The translations under genes were made by a program, and so were the position numbers. A stretch of DNA of 6,356 bases, from NCBI GenBank assembly GCA_964035545.1, contig CAXIUT010000070.1, positions 1 to 6,356 of the forward strand, written 5' to 3'. The notes beneath the pieces are model-generated. The model searched no databases. It was given only the letters and a program-made list of their open reading frames with translations, and was not told the DNA's origin. Origin of the DNA: Bugula neritina (lineage: Eukaryota; Animalia; Bryozoa). Shown here piece after piece: positions 1 to 6,356 of the stretch. Positions within the stretch are counted from its first letter, which is position 1; each line of letters starts with the position of its first letter.

Positions 1-86
1 CAACCCCAACCCAACCCCAACCCCAACCCCAACCCCAACCCCAACCCCAACCCCAACCCCAACCCCAACCCCAACCCCAACCCCAA
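1..86 (+). repeat. Left telomere, (CCCCAA)n
   Basis: Tandem CCCCAA from the window start to 86, with one CCCAA variant near 10-14. The C-rich strand is at the 5' end, as expected for a chromosome end. C4A2 is the Tetrahymena-type ciliate telomere repeat. Confidence 0.99.
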
Positions 87-761
87 AATATCTTAATTTC
101 TTCTTATATTAATATGATTTATAACTACAATTTTGATTTTGTATAAGATAAGCATCACTCCGCGTCATCAAATTAAAAAAAATTAAATAGACATATTGAT
201 TTTATGGTTAACAAATATCAAATTTATTCTGAATCAAAAAACTATTATCTTTTCCTTTTTCCTCAAGTTTTCAACATGTATTAAGAATGATATTCCCTTA
301 GAAGTTGTCATTATCGATTGCATTTTTGTGTTTTGTATTTTTTTTTTCAAAATGAATAGAATTTCTTTTGTATTTTTCGTAGTTTAAATGATGAATTTTC
401 GAGAGAGATGTTTTGATCAAACAATTTTTTCTTTTTTATAAAAATACTATTAATTGATAAAAAATAAAAGAAAATAGTTTGTAGATCTTTGAAATAATTA
501 AAGCGGATAGATTGTTGCATAAAATATGAAGAAGAGTAAAAAAGGATGTAAGTTATTAATAAGTTTAAATTAAAAAGTATAGGATAAAATGAATAAATGC
601 TTCAAAACTATCTCATAGAATTTCATTTTCAGGGAGCAGTAGATGTTTTATTCATATTTTATTGATTTGCCATGATTGGAACGGACTATTATTGGTTCTA
701 TTGGGTGCATATTAGAGGGCTTTTTCTAGCTAATCGATTTCATCTTGAGAAGTCCTTTTTT

Positions 762-1442
762 TCAACTATAACTGACTCTTTTGATCTTTTTGCTCTATAT
801 TTTGAGGTGGATGTCTATTCTAGTTCTCTATATTAACTCTAGGTTGTATTTCTGACATAATTTTTGAATACTAAGAATATTATATTAATAGTTTATTTTA
901 TTATTATTTCCTGATGATTTTTCCTGATCAATTCTGACTAATATAGTTTAGTTATTTTAATCAAAAAGGTTATTGAGAATAATAAATGTTATTGGACTTT
1001 TATTTTTCCTAAATTTATTTATTTTTTAACTTGTATTTTATTTATATTGATAAGAGTTGCAAATATTGACCAAATAAATACTCTTATAATTGGTACAAAC
1101 AGGAACTAACTGAATATTGACATTAAGTAGATAAATATTCTCCTTAGAATCTTGAATATTGAATAAAAATAATAAACAGGATTTTATTTATTCTAAACTT
1201 CTGGTATCTTCAATTTAATCAATTTTTTAATTATTAATTGCAAAATAACGCCACTAGATCCTTAATTTTACTTAGTAGATAGCTATTTAGATATAATCCT
1301 CAAATCTTGATCTTAAAGAATTTTTTAGATGATGCTTTGAAGAGATTATTTTGCTGATAAATATTTTTATATCTTATTTCGTAAGTCTAGAAATTATAAG
1401 TCTTATTTTTTGATCTTATTCTAGCCTAAAAGGTTACTACAT
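762..1442 (-). CDS. Hypothetical protein, 226 aa (MEEPFRLEEDQKIRLIISRLTKEDIKIF...)
   Basis: TGA-free frame from ATG 1442 to TGA 764-762. The off-frame TGAs inside it all fall in one frame as nnT-GAn junctions, as expected for coding DNA. No recognisable motif. A second minus frame is also open over the same span, so the frame is not certain. Confidence 0.45.
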
Positions 1443-1849
1443 ATCTTCAATACAAATGAAAAAAATATTTAGAAGTTGAAGTCAGCTATTATTCATAGAT
1501 AGTGATACTTCTTTGATCAACATTGATCTTAGAAGAAGACTTAGTTCCATCTGAATAGCTATCATAGCAGTTAACTCCTTCAGAGATATTGATATTGATA
1601 AAAATATTGAATTCATTTAGATATTTAATAACTAATTTTTAAATAATGTTATAACAATAGTCTTTGAAAATATCACTAAAATCTAAAATATAAAAAATTA
1701 GGTCTTTAATATTGATTTTGTTTTAATTTATATTAATTTATGATTTTAGATATATAACAGGTTCGAATCCATTTGAGAGAGTTTATTTATAATACGTATA
1801 ATCAATAATAAACTTTAACAACTCATCATATTTTTTCTATGAAATTTGA

Positions 1850-2419
1850 TTTTTTACTAATATTCCATGGTAGAGTAGTAGTTTAAATTCTTTATTATTG
1901 TCTAAGATCATCTTAATCAAAAAAGATTTTGAAATCTTGCTAATTGAAATATTTTTCTTTCAAAATGTATTTTGGTTTGTTTTGAGGATGCCTCTAAAGA
2001 CTATAAGTAATATGAAGTCCTTGAAATGTAAATTATACTTATTGGTTTTGGTTATTGGGGTTCATGATTTAAATAATATTATTATAAACTTTGTAAAAAT
2101 TGGTGGGTTTTTAAAGATAGAATTTTATGATGAAATGGAAAACATTTAGTTAGAGTTAAAGCTTTATGGAAATAAAAAAAAAGGTTTTTTAAAATTATTA
2201 TATAGAGTTTTTAAAAAAGAGTATCCTCTTTTAGAAAAATTGATAAGCAACCATGATAAATTAATTAACTTTATTTTTAGCTTTTATAAGTTTCTGAAAT
2301 TGTTTTCATTAATTTTTATTCGTTTTTAAGTATTTAAATAATTATTTAATCAATGGTATAAAAAATCTTATTATACTTGTTTGAATAATATAAATGACCT
2401 TAATTAACTTTATTATTGA
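1850..2419 (+). CDS. Possible hypothetical ORF or gene remnant (about 190 TGA-free codons, first ATG at 1988)
   Basis: The supplied ORF 1898-2149 continues through TAG (..DEMENIELELKLYGNKKKGFLKLLYRVFKKEYPLLEKLISNHDK..) to TGA at about 2417-2419. Very AT-rich, no motif, start unclear. Confidence 0.2.
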
Positions 2420-2571
2420 AATTAAAATCACTAAGTGTTTTTTTGAATTCATAAAAAATATATATTTGGTTTTGTTATTTTTCATAAAAAAACTCTTTAT
2501 TAAAGTAATTCAATTATATGAATTCTTAATGATAAAATAAAAGATAATAAAAAATAAAATAATTGATCTAC

Positions 2572-3422
2572 ATGAATACCTCATTTCCCTGTGTCAATAC
2601 TTCACCACTAAACACATCTAAAACAAAATAAACTCATCTCTTCTCAAAAGGACGTCGATTTCTACCCATTCGTGCTCCAAAGTATCATCTTATTAAACTA
2701 AGTTGTTCTCAATCATCTTATGATTTATCAAAAACCATGTTTACTTCATCAATTCAACATAAAACAAGTATAATAGGTCGAGATCAACGTTTCAAAACAA
2801 ATGCTACCATCTCTCCTTCACCGAATGTCTACCATCATCAAAGTTTTATCGAGCGAAATCGTTCATAAACCAGAGGAAATTCATTTAGTCATTAGCCGAA
2901 GTTGATTATCAGAGATACTAAGGCTAAATATCCAGGTCCTAACGCTTATGAATCAAAATACAACCCGTAGAAGAAGTTGTCCTATACTATGAGACATAAA
3001 TTCAATTAAATTGATAAAAAACCTGTATCATTGATGTTGATGTAGAAAGTTGGACCTGGGCAGTATCATATAGCTAGTTATCAGGCTTTGGCGAAACCTG
3101 GGCAAATTAGTTCTAAATACAATAATCCGAAATATGCAGTTATGGGCAAAACTCAAAGGTTTAAACCTAAAGCTGATTAAACTATTAGTCCTGGTCCTCA
3201 TACAGGTAATTACTAGATAAAAATAGGTGGAAGATTTAGAACTGAAAGTGACCAACCTAACTATACATTTGGGTATTCTAAGAAGGTGGCAAGTTATATA
3301 AGGAAGACAGGGACACCTGGTCCTGGAACATAGTAGTTATTATGTTAGATAGTTAAAAGTTTTCATAGTTTTCCTAGTTGAAAAACGGACTGCCTTGTTC
3401 AAGAATAGTTAGGTAGGAATGA
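2572..3422 (+). CDS. SHIPPO-repeat (sperm-tail PG-rich, ODF3/STPG-like) protein, about 255 aa after removing 4 introns (2682-2702, 3025-3045, 3206-3226, 3333-3352)
   Basis: ATG at 2572 follows an A-rich leader. Translation with TAA/TAG as sense gives MNTSFPCVNTSPLNTSKTKETHLFSKGRRF..., with repeated PG motifs SPSPNVY, YPGPNAY, VGPGQY, SPGPHT and TPGPGTY, each near an aromatic-x-(F/M)-(G/S/R) segment. The last Tyr is only restored by splicing 3333-3352. Ends TGA TGA at 3420-3425. Confidence 0.9.
2682..2702 (+). other. Spliceosomal intron, 21 nt
   Basis: gtatcatcttattaaactaag. Splicing gives RAPNCSQSSYDL. It is frame-neutral, so it is inferred from consensus and size only. Confidence 0.7.
3025..3045 (+). 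other. Spliceosomal intron, 21 nt
   Basis: gtatcattgatgttgatgtag. Splicing gives DKKPKVGPGQY. Frame-neutral. Confidence 0.75.
3206..3226 (+). other. Spliceosomal intron, 21 nt
   Basis: gtaattactagataaaaatag in a CAG|GT...AG|GT context. Frame-neutral. Confidence 0.7.
3333..3352 (+). other. Spliceosomal intron, 20 nt
   Basis: gtagttattatgttagatag. Splicing rebuilds TAT to give PGPGTY and the following KFSEFS motif. Confidence 0.85.
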
Positions 3423-3483
3423 TGACTGCTATCGATCATTTATCTATATCTAATTCTATTTATTTTGTAATAATAAGCGCCCA

Positions 3484-4176
3484 ATGAATAGATAGTAACT
3501 TGTTTTGGTTGTCTGTCGTACTAATATAACGTCGACAGCTCTTGAACCGCTGCAACTCATCATTCCGACCTTGTAAATGACCTCTCCGCTTACTATGTAT
3601 ACTTCTAGTGGTGATCAGGTGAGAGGATCTGATTTGTATTCGTAGTTGGCATAGGCATTAGTCAAAGACGGTCATTGCTATTTGTCTTAGACTTTGAAAA
3701 ATGTGCTTAATTCAAGGAAAAAGCAACGATTTCGAGTGTGTGTGCTGGGAGGGACGGAGTTGAGTTGGGATGTGGTGTTGTAGTATAAAAGAAGGTAGAT
3801 ACTAATTGATACTGCTGGAACAAGTTAGATTCTTAACCAGGTATCTTATATAACTGGTGGAGTATCACGTAAAGTGACAGCTACGAACATAATTAAATAC
3901 TTTTTGGTTGATTTTAGCATGTCTTCGTAGATCAGAAAATTCTTTGTAAACAAAAGAGACAACACCATTGAATTCCATTTACAGTCATAGTGCTGTCCCA
4001 ATAAAATAGCTTCATCTTTCTTTGTTTGTTCTACTTGTATGCAAACATATTGCAACTAACACGCCAGAGATACTAAAAAATGCAATAACTGCTAAAAAAC
4101 ATTCGATCCCAAATGGAAAGAAGCCAACTAGCTATAGATACCTTTGGTAGTTGAAAATTCAAAAGCATAAAGCTGA
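3484..4176 (+). CDS. TFB4: TFIIH core subunit Tfb4/p34 (GTF2H3-like), 230 aa, apparently intronless
   Basis: 231 codons from ATG to TGA with 16 in-frame TAA/TAG. ILIDTAG...ILNQVSYITGG resembles Tfb4 IPID...LQQAxxITGG. IEFHLQSECCPNK...FVCSTCMQTYC...KCNNCEKTF resembles the C-terminal zinc finger VDFRASCFCH...FVCSVCLSIFC...CxxC..F. Confidence 0.88.
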
Positions 4177-4298
4177 TCAATCATATTCCATTATAAGCAA
4201 TACTCATTATTTTATCATAATTTTTGACTTATTTTTACCAATTTGATTTTTAAAAGCAAATTAGATATCAGAGATATATATTTAATCGTGATAATAGC

Positions 4299-4532
4299 AT
4301 GAATAGCCTTCGACTTGGAGTATCGCAGTAGATCTTGCCTTACTCTCAGCAGGAAATATTGGAATCGGATTACAGGCTGAACAACTTCGTACTTGGTACT
4401 CTTGGCAATGCAGGTAAGGGACTTCTAATTGGTGCTGTAGCTTCTCTTTTCTTTATCCGTAAGCAACCCATTGTCTTCTACAGTGTTGGTTTTGGAGTTG
4501 GATTGTCAGTTTTTCATGAAATAGTTAAATGA
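4299..4532 (+). CDS. MIC10: MICOS complex subunit Mic10 (MINOS1-like), 77 aa
   Basis: ATG at 4299 reads through one TAG into the supplied 4335-4532 ORF. Two Gly-rich hydrophobic helices (AGKGLLIGAVASLFF and IVFYSVGFGVGLS, a GxGxG motif) are joined by a short basic loop (IRKQP), which is the Mic10 hairpin signature. Confidence 0.85.
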
Positions 4533-4733
4533 TAGTCTATTAATCTAAAAAAAGTTGTATTATCTGGATCATCTCTATCGATATCAGTTTGGTAAATAAT
4601 CTGCTAGTTGAATAAAACTAGTATCTGTTCAATGTTATTTAGTTTTTTATCTATTTTGTGTTGTTTTAATGATGAGTAAAGATGATATTTTTTGTTATTA
4701 TTGATATGATTGTTTATGATATAACTGGAGGGA

Positions 4734-5112
4734 TCATTATCCGACTTGTCTTTCTATTTCTTAAAGTTGTTCTCTAATATTTTTCAAAAAGTTTTGAAAG
4801 TTTTATTTCTAGGTGTTCAGTTGTTCAAGTTGACTCTTGATTCTGCTATTTTCACTTTTATGATGAGCTAAATGTCTCTTCCTGAATATTTGTATTTATA
4901 CAGTTATTAGTGAATTCTGTCCAATTCGGTGGTCAGAGTACGTCTTACGTCTGAGTTCTTAGCATCAAAAGCTTTCTAGAAGGAATCTTTTGCCTGCCTC
5001 AAGGCTTCTGTTTCTCGTTTGTAGGTCTTGATATTGGTGCTAAGGTTGAATAGTTCTTTCTTTGTATAGAGAGTAGTACCTCGACTGTTGATAATCTGTT
5101 CTTGAGTGACAT
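4734..5112 (-). CDS. Conserved small ciliate coiled-coil protein of unknown function, 112 aa, 2 introns (5079-5060, 4901-4882)
   Basis: Spliced product: MSLKNRLSTVEKELFNLSTNIKTYKRETEALRQAKDSFEKAFDAKNSDVRRTLTTELDRIHEELKRHLAHHKSENSRIKSQLEQLNTEKENFQNFLKNIREQLEEIERQVGE-stop. Both 20-nt introns are needed to keep this frame. It resembles, from memory, a ciliate family with DVRKTLTNELxRVEEEMKRHFAHQKAENSRLQQQI. An in-frame upstream ATG at 5178 exists but looks less likely. Confidence 0.85.
4882..4901 (-). other. Spliceosomal intron, 20 nt
   Basis: gtataaatacaaatattcag on the minus strand. It joins RIHEEL to KRHLAH. Confidence 0.88.
5060..5079 (-). other. Spliceosomal intron, 20 nt
   Basis: gtactactctctatacaaag on the minus strand. 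Without splicing, the frame hits TGA shortly downstream. Confidence 0.82.
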
Positions 5113-5250
5113 TTATTGAAGTTATATAATCAAGTCAAAGATATCATCTTATTGCTAATCATCAAAACAAACAATCATCAAATAAACAAAGAATAAATAT
5201 CAATTGAATATCACAATCAATAAATCAAAACACTATCATAATCCTTTATT

Positions 5251-6172
5251 TCATTTATGACTGACAGAATGTTTCCAATGGTTGCTATCAGGAACAGCCA
5301 TATCAGCTGAATGCGTCCGATTTAATCCATTATTTTTAATTTATTTAACTTTGACTAACACCTTCAAAACCTACTGAGCAGCATTGGCCAATACTCCAGG
5401 CATCTATCGCTAATAATCGATATCTATGATAATCTCAATAAATACTTCTTATTCTCGGTAAATCATCCATGATCTAATTGGCCATCTACCCGTATTTCCT
5501 AATTTGCTAGGAATATTCATTGGGCATATTGGTAGCTTTCTATGCCAAACTGAGAGTTCTTTTTAGTTATGTCAGCCATGTGCCTAATTTAGATTGTCCT
5601 AATTCGCTACTAATTTTAAAAAACAGGGAATTGATATTACTATACAATTTGAATTTATTTTGCATGGCTACGATAGGTTCTGTAAGTTTTGAAAACCTAT
5701 CGAATTTTTCTCTATAATTTTTATAGTAATTTTATAACTATAAGTACAATTTGGTTTTTTATTTATGTATCTATTAGTTAAATCTGGCAACGATATTAGA
5801 TATTTCTTATTATATTTGAAATTTGATTGTATTGATATGATTTTCTATGGAATTGAAATGCTGTTCTTTTTATTCTTGCCATTTTAGTAATCCTTCGACT
5901 CCTTTTACTGTTACCATCTCTTTGTATATTACGTTTGCTGATTTTTTTTATCTTTATATACGGGTGCAGAGCTACTAGATACCTCTTGATAGTTAGACGA
6001 CGTTTAGTTCATGTCCGTAGTGACGTTATTTGTAGCGATAGCTGTTGCGGCATTATTAGCAGAAGAGAGGCCAGCCTTAGCAGCGTGGGTCGATGCAGAG
6101 ATAGGTGAGGTTGAGTTTTGGGTGTTCTGGGCAGCGTAGGGGAAGCCGATTGATGAGTGAGTTTTAAAACAT
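5251..6172 (-). CDS. B-box-like zinc finger plus coiled-coil protein, about 299 aa, 1 intron (5445-5424)
   Basis: ATG at 6172. The N-terminus RCPEHPKLNLTYLCIDPRCEGWPLFCEECRNSYRYKERHYGH fits C-x2-H-x8-C-x4-C-x6-C-x2-C-x9-H-x2-H and is followed by a long helical region. The frame is TGA-free until a TGA lying inside a 22-nt GTA...TAG intron. Splicing extends it to TGA at 5253-5251. Confidence 0.82.
5424..5445 (-). other. Spliceosomal intron, 22 nt
   Basis: gtatttattgagattatcatag on the minus strand. It contains the only in-frame TGA, and removing it extends the ORF by about 57 codons. Confidence 0.78.
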
Positions 6173-6245
6173 TTGAATTATAATACTATATAATGTTGAA
6201 AAAGAAAAACTATAAACAAGAAGATCATTTTTAAAATTATCATCC

Positions 6246-6356
6246 GGGTTGGGGTTGGGGTTGGGGTTGGGGTTGGGGTTGGGGTTGGGGTTGGGGTTGG
6301 GGTTGGGGGTTGGGGTTGGGGTTGGGGTTGGGGTTGGGGTTGGGGTTGGGGTTGGG
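6246..6356 (+). repeat. Right telomere, (TTGGGG)n
   Basis: Tandem TTGGGG to the window end, with one G5 variant at 6305-6309. It is the reverse complement of the left telomere. Confidence 0.99.

Noticed and set aside
196-387. Supplied + ORF, 63 aa
   Set aside because: TTG start, low-complexity F/I/K content from T-rich DNA, and it ends at TAA, which is not a stop in this code.
1700-1790. tRNA gene around GGTTCGAATCC
   Set aside because: No T-stem, acceptor stem, D-arm or A-box can be formed.
2041-2062. Telomere-like internal string ttggttttggttattggggtt
   Set aside because: Only one true TTGGGG unit. Too short and degenerate to call an internal telomere.
3028-3255. Supplied - ORF, 75 aa
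   Set aside because: Antisense shadow of the SHIPPO-repeat gene.
3846-4055. Supplied - ORF, 69 aa, plus a 20-nt GTA...TAG intron-like string at 3900-3881
   Set aside because: Antisense to Tfb4. The minus frames are interrupted by TGA and show no motif.
4533-4733. Protein-like open minus frame (..KIDKKLNNIEQILVLF..) between the convergent genes
   Set aside because: No in-frame ATG or splice link, and short TGA-free frames are common with a single stop codon.
5520-5717. Supplied + ORF, 65 aa
   Set aside because: Antisense shadow of the B-box-like gene.
5938-5961. Possible 24-nt GTA...CAG intron in the B-box gene
   Set aside because: Frame-neutral, longer than the other introns, and it reads well as coiled coil (RIEREKKS). 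Not supportable without RNA data.
2572-6172. Ambiguous code with TGA also read as Trp, or pseudogenes riddled with stops
   Set aside because: No confident exon contains an internal TGA and Trp is TGG. Frames and motifs are intact apart from TAA/TAG, which indicates reassignment rather than decay.
6305-6309. Telomere variants (G5 here, C3 near 10-14) as a mixed repeat
   Set aside because: Single homopolymer-length deviations, indistinguishable from sequencing error or sporadic telomerase slips.

Overview
This is not prokaryotic DNA. It reads as a complete ciliate macronuclear minichromosome of about 6.36 kb, capped at both ends by correctly oriented (C4A2)n/(T2G4)n telomeres. The supplied ORF track is misleading because TAA and TAG are sense codons here and only TGA terminates. 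Re-translating by hand gives five well-supported genes packed into 2572-6172: a SHIPPO/PG-repeat axonemal-type protein (+), TFIIH subunit Tfb4/p34 (+), MICOS subunit Mic10 (+), a small conserved ciliate coiled-coil protein (-) and a B-box-like zinc-finger/coiled-coil protein (-). Seven tiny 20-22 nt GTA...AG introns are predicted. The codon context favours TAA/TAG = Glu (peritrich-type code, NCBI table 30) over the usual ciliate Gln. The left 2.5 kb is more AT-rich and holds only unrecognised candidate ORFs. Homology calls are from remembered family motifs, not database searches. Translations below write UAR as E.
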